This document shows positions 1 to 8,221 of a stretch of 59,449 nucleotides of DNA, piece after piece; positions within the stretch are counted from its first letter, which is position 1; each line of letters starts with the position of its first letter. This stretch comes from a virus (lineage: Duplodnaviria > Caudoviricetes), in the IMG/VR virus record IMGVR_UViG_3300016265_001128, positions 1 to 59,449 of that record; one strand, 5' to 3'. The position numbers and the translations under genes were made by a program. The notes beneath the pieces were generated by a model, which worked only from the letters and a program-made list of their open reading frames with translations, did no database searches and was not told the DNA's origin.

Positions 1-192
1 CCGTCTAGCGCCCGCAGCAGCCAATCGCCTTCCATCGCTTCTAGGCGACCACCGGCGGTATTAACCTTCCAAACGCTGCCAAGCGACTCATGTCTGCCGC
101 CAAAAATGACATCCGCCCGTTGCATTGCCATCGTAACAAACGGCGGTACCGGCGCTATCTCTGACGCTGGAAACCTCCAGGCATCAAACACA
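1..192. repeat. Terminal direct repeat / circular assembly overlap, left copy
   Basis: Bases 1-192 (ccgtctagcg...gcatcaaacaca) are identical to 59258-59449. Confidence 0.95.
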
Positions 193-236
193 GGTGCATC
201 CACTCCCGTGGGCGCTATCTTAAGTGTCACTCTCAC
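1..236 (-). CDS. 5' part of the junction-spanning gene (SH3/PGDYG-like domain + Tad2/DUF2829-like domain)
   Basis: GTG at 236 overlaps the TGA of the upstream gene (GTGA); reads MRVTLKIAPTGVDAPVFDAWRFP and joins in frame with ORF 58939..59448. Confidence 0.75.
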   Translation of the reverse strand, partial: MRVTLKIAPTGVDAPVFDAWRFPASEIAPVPPFVTMAMQRADVIFGGRHESLGSVWKVNTAGGRLEAMEGDWLLRALD

Positions 237-562
237 AACTTGCCCCCATCGTTTAAATTGATAGAAACGTCGAAGTAGCCCTTTTCCTGCCGGTCCCACT
301 TCAAGAGCTTGAGTTGCCCCTGCGTGTAATACGAAGCGACAGCTACCACTGCACCGATGGTCAGTGGATCTCCGATCAGCAGAAGGTAATCGTCAGTCGT
401 GATAGACTGAAGACGTTCGTGGATTGTCGGAATAAGGGAGGGCAGGTGGAACCCAGCGTCATGCGGTAGTACGGTGATGATTTCGCCATACGTACGCGCT
501 GGTCGTATGTTCTTGGTAGGATCTGCTTGGGTCACAAAGACCCGCGCGCCTGGGAACTTCAC
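233..562 (-). CDS. Conserved phage hypothetical protein, first gene of the replication operon
   Basis: GTG at 562 after AGAGAGGAG RBS; DYLLLIGDP...LLKWDRQ..Y motif recalled from phage genes next to SSB/helicase clusters. Confidence 0.7.
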   Translation of the reverse strand: MKFPGARVFVTQADPTKNIRPARTYGEIITVLPHDAGFHLPSLIPTIHERLQSITTDDYLLLIGDPLTIGAVVAVASYYTQGQLKLLKWDRQEKGYFDVSINLNDGGKL

Positions 563-655
563 TCGGCTCTCCTCTCTAGTATAGGTGCTCACGTCAACCT
601 AGGTATTATAGGCTATGCGTTATATCGAAAGAACCTGAAAATTTTTCGTTTGGCT

Positions 656-685
656 ATTTACCGCTGACCGCAAGCGGTGTACATT
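656..685 (+). promoter_or_regulatory. Putative early promoter (ATTTAC-N18-TACATT)
   Basis: Variant of the repeated promoter motif; palindromic spacer ACCGCT..AGCGGT; followed by AGAGAGGAG RBS. Confidence 0.4.
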
Positions 686-732
686 TAAGAGATGCAGAGC
701 CGCGGGGGCGCTGCTATAGAGAGGAGACACGC

Positions 733-1308
733 ATGACGGTCAACGTCCTTGCGCAGATGCCTACCGGAGTTTGGCGGGCATTCGACAACCAGGCCCGAGC
801 GAGGGCTTTCAACCTTCCTGAGAACTATCAGCGTATTTTCACGAGCGTCGACCAGCTGGCCAAGCGTTTGCCGCTTGACGACCTGAAGGCGGAATATGTG
901 CGAATGGTCGGCTGTCAATATTCTGGTGAGCCGGCTGAATTGCCGGACATTGTGTGGGGCTTGTTGCAGCAGACCACGCCCAACCCCTTCATCGTTAATT
1001 GCGAGACTGGCGAAGAAATCCGTCAGCACAATGGCAAGCGGGCGTCGATGGTTTACGAGCCGCTGTATGATCCGTCAAACGCTGAACATGCGGCGGCGTT
1101 CAAGGGCTTGCCGAAGCAGGCGAAGCTTTGTCTGCTGGTCATCATCGAACTCGTCGAGAAGCACCGCCACGTGGGCAATGACTTGCTATACAAGGAGCTG
1201 TACAAGCGCGCCGTCGAGCTGAAGACCAAGCAGGATCCTTGGCGGGTCTTCAAGTATTATCAAGCCAAGCTCATCGAGCTGGGCCTGCTCCGGCTGGGGA
1301 GGCGGTGA
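733..1308 (+). CDS. Hypothetical protein with C-terminal winged-helix-like domain (paralog 1)
   Basis: Strong RBS; C-terminal LPKQAK...LKTKQDPWRVFKYYQAKLIELGLL motif shared with 7532 and 50869. Confidence 0.75.
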   Translation: MTVNVLAQMPTGVWRAFDNQARARAFNLPENYQRIFTSVDQLAKRLPLDDLKAEYVRMVGCQYSGEPAELPDIVWGLLQQTTPNPFIVNCETGEEIRQHNGKRASMVYEPLYDPSNAEHAAAFKGLPKQAKLCLLVIIELVEKHRHVGNDLLYKELYKRAVELKTKQDPWRVFKYYQAKLIELGLLRLGRR

Positions 1309-1511
1309 TGGCCTACAAGCTTCCCACGAAACCCGGCTTGGAACCCCCGAAAGGTTCTGTCGTTCGTCGGTGCGGCGACTTGCCACCTAAGACGGGAAAC
1401 GTGATTGTTGTTCAAGTTATTGAACAGCTTCCTGAAGGATGGCTTGTAAAAAGCATAAGCTTGGAAAAGCGCGACTTCAGCGTTTGGCTTCCCACCAGAG
1501 AGGAGAATTAG
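1308..1511 (+). CDS. Small hypothetical protein
   Basis: ATG in TGATG overlap with GGAGG RBS. Confidence 0.55.
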   Translation: MAYKLPTKPGLEPPKGSVVRRCGDLPPKTGNVIVVQVIEQLPEGWLVKSISLEKRDFSVWLPTREEN

Positions 1512-1514
1512 GTT

Positions 1515-1787
1515 ATGGCAAAGAACAACATTGCGCAATTGAACAAGCTGTCGACCAAGAAGAACAAGGCTTACCGCCGTCGGCAGCCGGATCCCGAGTT
1601 AGATCTTGTCCGGTCGCTGATCGAGAAGTCCGGCTGGAGCATTGCCCAGCTGCAGGACAAGACCGGCATGGCCTACTCGACAATCGCCAACATTGTCCAC
1701 GCCAAAACCCAGCGGCCGCAGAACGCGACGATCAACATGATCGCCCGCATCTTGGGCTACGAGCGGCAGTGGGTGAAGACGCGCTGA
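1515..1787 (+). CDS. XRE-family helix-turn-helix regulator
   Basis: WSIAQLQDKTGMAYSTIANIVHAKTQRPQNATINMIARILG is a typical XRE HTH. Confidence 0.8.
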   Translation: MAKNNIAQLNKLSTKKNKAYRRRQPDPELDLVRSLIEKSGWSIAQLQDKTGMAYSTIANIVHAKTQRPQNATINMIARILGYERQWVKTR

Positions 1788-1795
1788 ACTAACCG

Positions 1796-1832
1796 CGGGC
1801 CCTCGGAGAAATCCCGGGGCCCGAATTATTTT
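1796..1832 (+). terminator. Putative intrinsic terminator
   Basis: GC hairpin cgggccctcgg..ccggggcccg followed by AT-rich tail. Confidence 0.5.
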
Positions 1833-1852
1833 CGGTAAATGCATAGATTTGT

Positions 1853-1882
1853 GTGTACTCAGTGGCGCAATCGCCATAGGAT
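1853..1882 (+). promoter_or_regulatory. Putative early promoter GTGTAC-N18-TAGGAT
   Basis: Intergenic; same motif at 5335 and 50790. Confidence 0.65.
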
Positions 1883-1918
1883 GCTTCTATCAACAACGAC
1901 TTTGCGGGGGCAAAGATT

Positions 1919-2821
1919 ATGACCAGCGTAAAAGAGAAGATCAAGAAGCTGCTTGAGATGACCCAGGCGAACGGCGCCACGGAAGCCGAGGCCGCAGTCG
2001 CCATGGAAAAGGCCCAGAAGCTTCTGGCTGACCACAACCTCTCTGAGGCCGAGATTCTCGGCGTCAAGATCGACAACAACTACCGTGAGCAGGGCGATTT
2101 CCTTGCCTTCGCTTGGGCGAAAAACATCGCCGAGTCTGTCGGGATGCTGTACGACTGCCGATACCACACGCGCCGTAGCGAGAAGAAGAACCACTTCTCG
2201 TCTGTCTTCATTGGCCGGCAGGGCAACGCTGAGACGGCCAAGCTGATCACCGAGTTTGTCGTCAAAACGGTGCTGAAGCTTAGCCGGCAGGCTCAGAAGG
2301 AAGCCGGCGCAGACAACCGCTTTGCGACGGACTTCCAACACGGCTGCGCGGCGCGCGTCAGCGAGACGGCCCTCAAACTCTGGCGCGAAGCGAACAAGGA
2401 GCAGATTGAGCAGGAGACGCGGGCGGCCCGCGAAAAGGCTGAGCACCGCAAAAGCATGCAACCAAACGAAAGAGACCCGAAGCCCGGTCTTTATAGGTTG
2501 GTGCTGCTGAACCAGCATTACCTCCCCAAGTCGGAAGAGCAGCTAGACGAAAAGGCGGTCTTCAAGCGGATGACGCAGATTGGTTGCAACCCGCCGCGCG
2601 GCGTCTACTACATGGCCCTCCAGTGTGTGGAGGGTGAACTGAAAAGCAACTACGTCTACTACTACAATGTTCAAGCTTTGCCCGCTAGCCGGCGTGGCAG
2701 CCTTGGCGGTCGCGAGCTGGTGAAAAACAACGAGGTCTACAACATGGGCCGCGAGGCCGGTCAGAACATTGGTCTGCGGATTCAGATGGGCGGCAACCCG
2801 GACGCTAACAAACTGACGTAA
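1919..2821 (+). CDS. DUF2786-domain protein
   Basis: N-terminal KIKKLL...ATEAEAAVAMEKAQKLLADHNL is the DUF2786 signature. Confidence 0.8.
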   Translation: MTSVKEKIKKLLEMTQANGATEAEAAVAMEKAQKLLADHNLSEAEILGVKIDNNYREQGDFLAFAWAKNIAESVGMLYDCRYHTRRSEKKNHFSSVFIGRQGNAETAKLITEFVVKTVLKLSRQAQKEAGADNRFATDFQHGCAARVSETALKLWREANKEQIEQETRAAREKAEHRKSMQPNERDPKPGLYRLVLLNQHYLPKSEEQLDEKAVFKRMTQIGCNPPRGVYYMALQCVEGELKSNYVYYYNVQALPASRRGSLGGRELVKNNEVYNMGREAGQNIGLRIQMGGNPDANKLT

Positions 2822-2849
2822 TGGGTTTCATCTGCAATCACGTCTTTCA

Positions 2850-2878
2850 GTGTACGTCGCACTGGAAGGCGTGATACT
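2850..2878 (+). promoter_or_regulatory. Putative early promoter GTGTAC-N17-GATACT within a 17-bp inverted repeat
   Basis: Motif match; followed by AGAGAGGAG RBS. Confidence 0.5.
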
Positions 2879-2909
2879 CTTCTCGTAGACGTTAGAGAGG
2901 AGAATCTTC

Positions 2910-3107
2910 ATGAAAAACGTTTTCTATCTCCGCGGACCCGGTATCACCACCGGCATCACTCTCCACCAATTTCCGGATACCAAAACTTGGATGGCCACGT
3001 CCAAGACGTCTGACAACCACGTCTCCGCCATCGCCTACGGACCTAGTCCAGAACAATGTTTTGCGGACATCGTCGCCATCCTCCGTAAAAACAAAGAATT
3101 GATATAA
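2910..3107 (+). CDS. Small hypothetical protein
   Basis: ATG with AGAGGAG RBS. Confidence 0.6.
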   Translation: MKNVFYLRGPGITTGITLHQFPDTKTWMATSKTSDNHVSAIAYGPSPEQCFADIVAILRKNKELI

Positions 3108-3120
3108 CCCCGACCTTGCA

Positions 3121-3188
3121 AAAATATGCGGATTTTTAGCGAAATCCGCATATTTTCTATGTACGGCTTTCAGCGTTCATACTAAGAT
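3121..3188 (+). promoter_or_regulatory. 15-bp perfect inverted repeat followed by promoter ATGTAC-N18-TAAGAT
   Basis: AAAATATGCGGATTT..AAATCCGCATATTTT, then the motif at 3159-3188. Confidence 0.55.
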
Positions 3189-3223
3189 ATCTTTATTGAA
3201 TAACGCAACGCGGGGAATATCAA

Positions 3224-3559
3224 ATGCTCAAGACAGACATCCTTGTTAAGTCGCATCTTGCTAACGACGCCACAGGCTTGCTCGAGCGTGTAGACGTTAT
3301 TGATCGCGACGGCAATATCGTCGTGTGTCCGATTTGGCGCGGTGTTGACCGCCCGAGTGCCGGCGGCATTTCGCTTGGCCATAAGGACGATAAGTCCGTG
3401 TCGCGCTATCTCCCGCGAGTGGTCGCCTGCATATTGGCCGGCGCGTTTCACGAAGTTCACGGCATCAAAACTGACGTCTACGGCAAGACCTACGTGAACG
3501 CTACGGCAAAAGTCTACGGGCGGCATCTCAACGCAGATCTTAAGAAGCTGGGGTTTTAA
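3224..3559 (+). CDS. Hypothetical protein
   Basis: ORF between a promoter motif and a terminator-like hairpin. Confidence 0.65.
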   Translation: MLKTDILVKSHLANDATGLLERVDVIDRDGNIVVCPIWRGVDRPSAGGISLGHKDDKSVSRYLPRVVACILAGAFHEVHGIKTDVYGKTYVNATAKVYGRHLNADLKKLGF

Positions 3560-3576
3560 CCTTTTCTCTGTTCCCT

Positions 3577-3610
3577 CTCCCCCAACGGCACGCTAAAGTT
3601 GGGGGAGTTT
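3577..3610 (+). terminator. Putative intrinsic terminator
   Basis: ctcccccaac..gttgggggag stem followed by TTT. Confidence 0.5.
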
Positions 3611-3667
3611 CCTTCCGTGGGTGACTAGTCGTCTGGTCTTCCACGGAAGGAAACATAGGAGCTTGCA

Positions 3668-3907
3668 ATGGCTTTTGAAATAGGCGACGATGCCGTCGAC
3701 CTCGTCATGTCTTTTGGCGGTGGTCGCGTGGCGCTGCTCAATGAGACCAAGCCGGATGGCGACGTCCGGTATATCTTTATGGTGTACGACTATGACAACA
3801 TGTCCCTGCACATCGAGCTGACCCGCGAAGATGTTGTCGCCTTGGCAAAGGGTCTGCTGACAACCATTGATGACGAGATTGGCCGGACGATGGAGGCCAA
3901 AGAATGA
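3668..3907 (+). CDS. Small acidic hypothetical protein
   Basis: AGGAG RBS and ATG. Confidence 0.65.
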   Translation: MAFEIGDDAVDLVMSFGGGRVALLNETKPDGDVRYIFMVYDYDNMSLHIELTREDVVALAKGLLTTIDDEIGRTMEAKE

Positions 3908-3936
3908 AGACACACAACCAAGAGAGGATATCTGGC

Positions 3937-4068
3937 ATGCATCAGCCTACGACTAATACGGTCTACCACATGATTGTGCCACCCCGTCTCAAACGGACCG
4001 CACGGCCCATCTGGCCATGGTTCCTTGTCGGCGTCGCCATTGGCCTTCTGTTCGGGAGCGCCGTGTAA
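3937..4068 (+). CDS. Small membrane protein (43 aa, below the ORF-track cutoff)
   Basis: AGAGAGGA RBS; MHQPTT...PIWPWFLVGVAIGLLFGSAV; TAATG overlap with next gene. Confidence 0.55.
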   Translation: MHQPTTNTVYHMIVPPRLKRTARPIWPWFLVGVAIGLLFGSAV

Positions 4069-4313
4069 TGGCCCCCGCTACATTGGTGGACGCTTGGGAG
4101 ACCAGCGATGGCAAGCTTTTTAAAGATCGTAAGGCGGCGCTTTTTTACGAAAAATACACCGAGTTGCGCGGGTGGTTAGAAAAAGATTTGTTTGGCAGCG
4201 GAAGCCTGCCAAACGCCGAGCTTGATCGACTGACCACGCAGCTGCTTAAATGCTGGGATATGGTCCGTGTAGTCCCGGATGCTGAACTTCCAGATATACG
4301 CGAGGTGCCATGA
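4068..4313 (+). CDS. Hypothetical protein
   Basis: MAPATLVDAWETSDGKLF; translationally coupled on both sides. Confidence 0.6.
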   Translation: MAPATLVDAWETSDGKLFKDRKAALFYEKYTELRGWLEKDLFGSGSLPNAELDRLTTQLLKCWDMVRVVPDAELPDIREVP

Positions 4314-4531
4314 AACCCACCTTCTGGGACAATGCACTCCTCTGGGCCTTTACTTGGGGAGCGCCAAATACGGCCATCTCAGCCTTCGCCTTTGTCCTTA
4401 CGGGCGATGTCACCGTCTTCAACATGTGGGCGTGGCCGCCGTATTTTCAAATCGCGTCGGGCGGTTGGTTCATCGTCAGTGGTATCGCCATCTGGTGCGA
4501 TTTTCTCCAGCTTAAAGGATTAGACGAATGA
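4310..4531 (+). CDS. Small two-TM membrane protein
   Basis: Two hydrophobic segments; ATGA overlaps. Confidence 0.55.
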   Translation: MKPTFWDNALLWAFTWGAPNTAISAFAFVLTGDVTVFNMWAWPPYFQIASGGWFIVSGIAIWCDFLQLKGLDE

Positions 4532-4719
4532 GCGTTCCCGATATTGGCGTCCACGGTGTCAAGGCCATTCGCATCTTGACGCAGCGCTATATGTTGCAAC
4601 CATCTTCGTCTCAATTTAGCGTAACAAAGATTTTTGTTGATACTGGAGAAGGCGTTGTACTTGAGCTGCGCTTGCATCACGACAGCGGCCTGAATATCAT
4701 CTCCGGACAAAAGCTGTGA
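4528..4719 (+). CDS. Small hypothetical protein
   Basis: Coupled ORF with AAGGA RBS. Confidence 0.55.
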   Translation: MSVPDIGVHGVKAIRILTQRYMLQPSSSQFSVTKIFVDTGEGVVLELRLHHDSGLNIISGQKL

Positions 4720-5162
4720 CCCGCATTAACTGCGTTCCCGTCGAGTCGCTATGTGATCAGCATTTGCTGGCGGAATACCGCGAGCTGCCCCGAGTCTTTG
4801 GCTTGGTGACAGCCGCGGTTAAGCGCGGCGAACGGCCGGACGACCCCAGAAACCCAAAGACATATACGCTGGGATCAGGTCACGTGCGGTTCTTTTACCC
4901 GCGATTGTTTTGGCTGAACGTCCGGCAAGATCAGATCGTCACAGAAATGTTCTGGCGTGGCTTCAAGCCGCAGTTCACAGACAGCTTGTGGAGTCAATTC
5001 AACGAGGCCATCCCCTTCAAAACCGGCTGGTGGGGGGTCTGGGTTCCCTCTGAGGCAGACATCGCCCTCAACCAAGCCCGCATCAACGAACGACTGCCAG
5101 CCAAGGCGCGGTGGTCTTATCCAGCTGGGAGGAAACAAGAGTGCAGCGCTACGACCCAATGA
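4716..5162 (+). CDS. denV: Pyrimidine-dimer DNA glycosylase / endonuclease V (T4 DenV-like)
   Basis: MTRIN...DQHLLAEYRELPRVF and LGSGHVRFFY match T4 DenV catalytic motifs (Thr2, Glu23). Confidence 0.92.
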   Translation: MTRINCVPVESLCDQHLLAEYRELPRVFGLVTAAVKRGERPDDPRNPKTYTLGSGHVRFFYPRLFWLNVRQDQIVTEMFWRGFKPQFTDSLWSQFNEAIPFKTGWWGVWVPSEADIALNQARINERLPAKARWSYPAGRKQECSATTQ

Positions 5163-5332
5163 GGCAATGCCCAAAGTGCGGCTGCAGCCAAGTAAAGACG
5201 CTGCACGTCGCGGCTGGAGAGCGGCAACCGTGGAGGGAACCAGCGCCTTGTGAAGAATACCTGCGGCGTGAATGCGACCGTTGCCAGTATGTCTGGCACG
5301 AAATGTCGCTAAACCAAAATATTTTCTTTTAG
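5141..5332 (+). CDS. Small zinc-ribbon protein
   Basis: CPKC...CDRCQYVW; GTG with GGAGG RBS. Confidence 0.6.
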   Translation: MQRYDPMRQCPKCGCSQVKTLHVAAGERQPWREPAPCEEYLRRECDRCQYVWHEMSLNQNIFF

Positions 5333-5334
5333 CT

Positions 5335-5363
5335 GTGTACAAGCTCGCTAGACGCTGTAGGAT
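5335..5363 (+). promoter_or_regulatory. Putative early promoter GTGTAC-N17-TAGGAT
   Basis: Repeated motif; followed by AGAGAGGA RBS. Confidence 0.65.
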
Positions 5364-5398
5364 GCTTTTATCGAAACGCTTCTAGAGAGGATACAAGC

Positions 5399-6349
5399 AT
5401 GGCACACATGATCGAGACGATGGCCTACGCCGGCGCCACCCCGTGGCACGGCCTGGGCGAGCAAGTCGACCCCAGCCTGTCGTCCCTGGAGATGCTGAAA
5501 GCCGCTGGCCTGGATTGGTCTGTGGAAAAGCAAGCCATGGTGACGGGCGACCTGCTCGATATCCGCATGCCTGACCACTACGCCCTGATCCGCTCATTCA
5601 GCGATGGCCGCAAGGACGTGCTGGGCATTTGCGGCAAGGACTACCAGGTCACCCAGAACGAAAAGGCCTTTGAGTTTTTTAATGAGTTCGTCACGTCCGG
5701 CGGCATGGAGATGCATACGGCTGGCGCGCTGAACGGTGGCCGTCGCGTGTGGGGCTTGGCGTCGATCAAGCAGGGCTTTACTCTGCCCGGCGGCGACGAG
5801 GTTCACGGCTTCCTCCTGCTCAGCCATCCGCACATTTGGGGTGAGGCCCTTCGCGTGATGTTCACGACCGTGCGCGTCGTCTGCAACAACACGCTGACCT
5901 ACGCCCTGGCGAGGTCCGGCGGTTTCCGCATGACGCACAGCTACGTTTTCGACGACGACATGCAGCTTAAGGCCAAGGAAACCCTGGGTCTGGCCGTTGA
6001 GCAGCTGGAGCAAGCTGAGGCGGTCAGCCGGAAGCTGGCTTCCACAAAGGCGACGGACGAGATGCTCAACTCGTTCTTGACCAAGCTCTTCCCGAAGCCG
6101 GACGCTGACAATGACGAGTTGAACCGCACCGGCAAGCTGGTGCTCGACGCTCTCAAAACCCAACCGGGCGCCGAAATGGAGTCGTCTGCTGGCACGATGT
6201 GGGGCGCCTTGAACGCGGTCACTTACGTCGTCGACCATAAGCTTGGGCGTACGGCGGAAGGCCGGCTTGAGAACGCTTGGTTCGGCAGTCGCGCCGAGCT
6301 GAAGCGCAAGGCCGTCAGCACCGCCATGGAGCTTGCTCTCGCGGCGTAA
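5399..6349 (+). CDS. DUF932 / phage-plasmid-like protein
   Basis: MAY..TPWHGLG, AGLDWSV, TAGAL.GGR.VW, VRVVC.NTL and GT.WGA.NAVT motifs. Confidence 0.9.
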   Translation: MAHMIETMAYAGATPWHGLGEQVDPSLSSLEMLKAAGLDWSVEKQAMVTGDLLDIRMPDHYALIRSFSDGRKDVLGICGKDYQVTQNEKAFEFFNEFVTSGGMEMHTAGALNGGRRVWGLASIKQGFTLPGGDEVHGFLLLSHPHIWGEALRVMFTTVRVVCNNTLTYALARSGGFRMTHSYVFDDDMQLKAKETLGLAVEQLEQAEAVSRKLASTKATDEMLNSFLTKLFPKPDADNDELNRTGKLVLDALKTQPGAEMESSAGTMWGALNAVTYVVDHKLGRTAEGRLENAWFGSRAELKRKAVSTAMELALAA

Positions 6350-6365
6350 CAGTTCCTCCCAGCCT

Positions 6366-6396
6366 TGGGGACCTCGAAAGGGGTCCCCATTTTTTT
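6366..6396 (+). terminator. Intrinsic terminator
   Basis: tggggacc-tcgaaagg-ggtcccca followed by T7. Confidence 0.85.
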
Positions 6397-6461
6397 CTCC
6401 GTATCTTTTAAGCTGACCTTTTGGGATAATGAACCTTCTCTCTTGTAGAGCGAGGTTTACC

Positions 6462-7412
6462 ATGAAAGCCAAAACCATCCGCGCAACCTTGCGGAAAAAG
6501 GTTAATGACTGGCTTGAGTCGATCGACGACCCAGTCGTGAGAGAAATTGCCTCCAAGCAGACAATCGTCACCGGTGGCAGCATTGCCTCGATGCTGCTTA
6601 AGGAGCCGGTCAATGACTACGATATCTATTTCTTGACCAAGGACGCCGCCAAGGCAGTGGCCGAATACTACGTCAGCCGGTTCAAGCCAAAGACGGTCAG
6701 CGGGATCCCGGCAAATATCTGCGTCTTCGACGACCCCGCTGACGGTCTGATCAAGATCGTCGTTCAGTCTGCCGGCATTGCGTCAGAAGCCGGCACGGCT
6801 AAGCCGTATCAATACTTCGAAAGCTCGTCAAGCGACGTTGCCGCCGGCGAGTATGTTCAAGACATCATTCTTGGGGGCGAAAACAATGTTGACGCGCAAG
6901 ACGACATGGAAGAGCTGGCTCCTCAGGACGACAGCCCTGACAAACCCAAGTACCGTCCCGTATTCCTATCCACGAACGCCATCACGCTCTCGGGCCAAAT
7001 CCAAATCATCATCCGCTTCTTCGGCGAAGCGGACAAGATCCACGAAAACTTCGACTTCGTCCACTGCACAAACTACTGGTGCAGCTGGAACGACGAGCTG
7101 ACCCTGCGGCAACCAGCCCTTGAGTCGCTGTTAGCCAAAGAGTTGCGCTATGTCGGCAGCAAGTACCCCGTTTGTTCCGTCATCCGGCTGCGCAAGTTCA
7201 TCAAGCGGAACTGGACGATCAACGCCGGCCAAATCCTGAAGATGCTGCTGCAGGTTTCTGAGCTTGATCTGACGGATCCGAAGGTTCTGCAGGACCAGCT
7301 GGTCGGCGTCGACGCTGCCTACTTCTGCGAGCTGATGACGAAGGTTAAGGCCAATGATCCGGACAAGGTCAACTCCGCCTACCTTGTCGAAATCATCGAC
7401 AGGATGTTCTAA
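6462..7412 (+). CDS. Pol-beta-superfamily nucleotidyltransferase-like protein
   Basis: TGGSIASMLL.E.VNDYDIYF (GG/S + DxD) and FDFVHC; ATG 6462 with GAGG RBS. Confidence 0.7.
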   Translation: MKAKTIRATLRKKVNDWLESIDDPVVREIASKQTIVTGGSIASMLLKEPVNDYDIYFLTKDAAKAVAEYYVSRFKPKTVSGIPANICVFDDPADGLIKIVVQSAGIASEAGTAKPYQYFESSSSDVAAGEYVQDIILGGENNVDAQDDMEELAPQDDSPDKPKYRPVFLSTNAITLSGQIQIIIRFFGEADKIHENFDFVHCTNYWCSWNDELTLRQPALESLLAKELRYVGSKYPVCSVIRLRKFIKRNWTINAGQILKMLLQVSELDLTDPKVLQDQLVGVDAAYFCELMTKVKANDPDKVNSAYLVEIIDRMF

Positions 7413-7531
7413 AGGCTGCCCTAAAGAGTAGTCCAGCCTGCGCATTTAGCGGTTTTTAAGTCGCGTTTGCCGTGATAGATTTCAATTATCGAAACGTTGA
7501 GCGCTGCTTAGAGCGCATGGAGTAAGGAGCT

Positions 7532-7843
7532 ATGGCGAAAAAGAAGAACGTTGAAGCGGCCGAGACGGCTGCTGTTGAACCGAAGACCACGCAGGTGAAG
7601 GTGTTCCGCGCTGGCCGCGCGCTCGAAGACGACGACAAGCTGTCGCCGCAGGCAAAGGCCATTGTCGCGTTTTTCCAGGACAACGCGGATCGTGAATTTA
7701 CCCGCAAGGCCCTCATCGAAGCCCTCGAGGCCGACGGCCGGCTGGTGACCAAGCAGCCCATCACGAACATCTTCAACTTCTACCAAAAGACCCTGGTCGA
7801 CAAGGGCCTCGTCCTTGACGAACTGGTCTCCAAGGCCGCCTGA
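7532..7843 (+). CDS. Winged-helix-like DNA-binding protein (paralog 2)
   Basis: LSPQAK...LVTKQPITNIFNFYQKTLVDKGLV; TAAGGAG RBS. Confidence 0.75.
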   Translation: MAKKKNVEAAETAAVEPKTTQVKVFRAGRALEDDDKLSPQAKAIVAFFQDNADREFTRKALIEALEADGRLVTKQPITNIFNFYQKTLVDKGLVLDELVSKAA

Positions 7844-7859
7844 CCTTCTGGTCGGCGCC

Positions 7860-7943
7860 ACGCCAATCTGAATGCGCCCCCGCCAGATTGGCGTTAAAGA
7901 ACCCCGCAGCTTCCCCCTTTCCCCGGCTGCGGGGTTTTCTTTT
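7860..7943 (+). terminator. Tandem hairpins ending in an intrinsic terminator
   Basis: acgccaatctg..cagattggcgt, then aaccccgcagc..gctgcggggtt followed by a T-rich tail. Confidence 0.75.
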
Positions 7944-8023
7944 GTGAATTTCCCGGTTCTCTCAGCTTCAGCATAGCGTTATAATGAGCCCTCTGCTAAT
8001 GAATAGCAAGGAGGCCTATATCT

Positions 8024-8221
8024 ATGGCTAAGTTCTTTCTAGCCACTGGCGTTATTGTTTGGTCTATTAACGCCTACCTGATTTTGTTTGAATTTCTCTC
8101 AAGGCCTACGTGGTGGCGCTTTACGCTGCTGTGTCTAACTGTGCTTTTTACGCACTTTACGGCCCTCGTGTGGCGTGAACTCTATAACCGGGAGACTGAA
8201 AATGGCCAATGCCAGCGGTAG
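8024..8221 (+). CDS. Small two-TM membrane protein
   Basis: AAGGAGG RBS; TATAAT at 7980; two hydrophobic helices. Confidence 0.65.
   Translation: MAKFFLATGVIVWSINAYLILFEFLSRPTWWRFTLLCLTVLFTHFTALVWRELYNRETENGQCQR

Noticed and set aside
1515-1787. XRE protein as a prophage repressor (temperate lifestyle)
   Set aside because: No integrase, partition ATPase, S24 peptidase domain or divergent cI/cro arrangement was seen
5594-6613. 339-aa - strand ORF
   Set aside because: Antisense to the DUF932 gene and crosses its terminator
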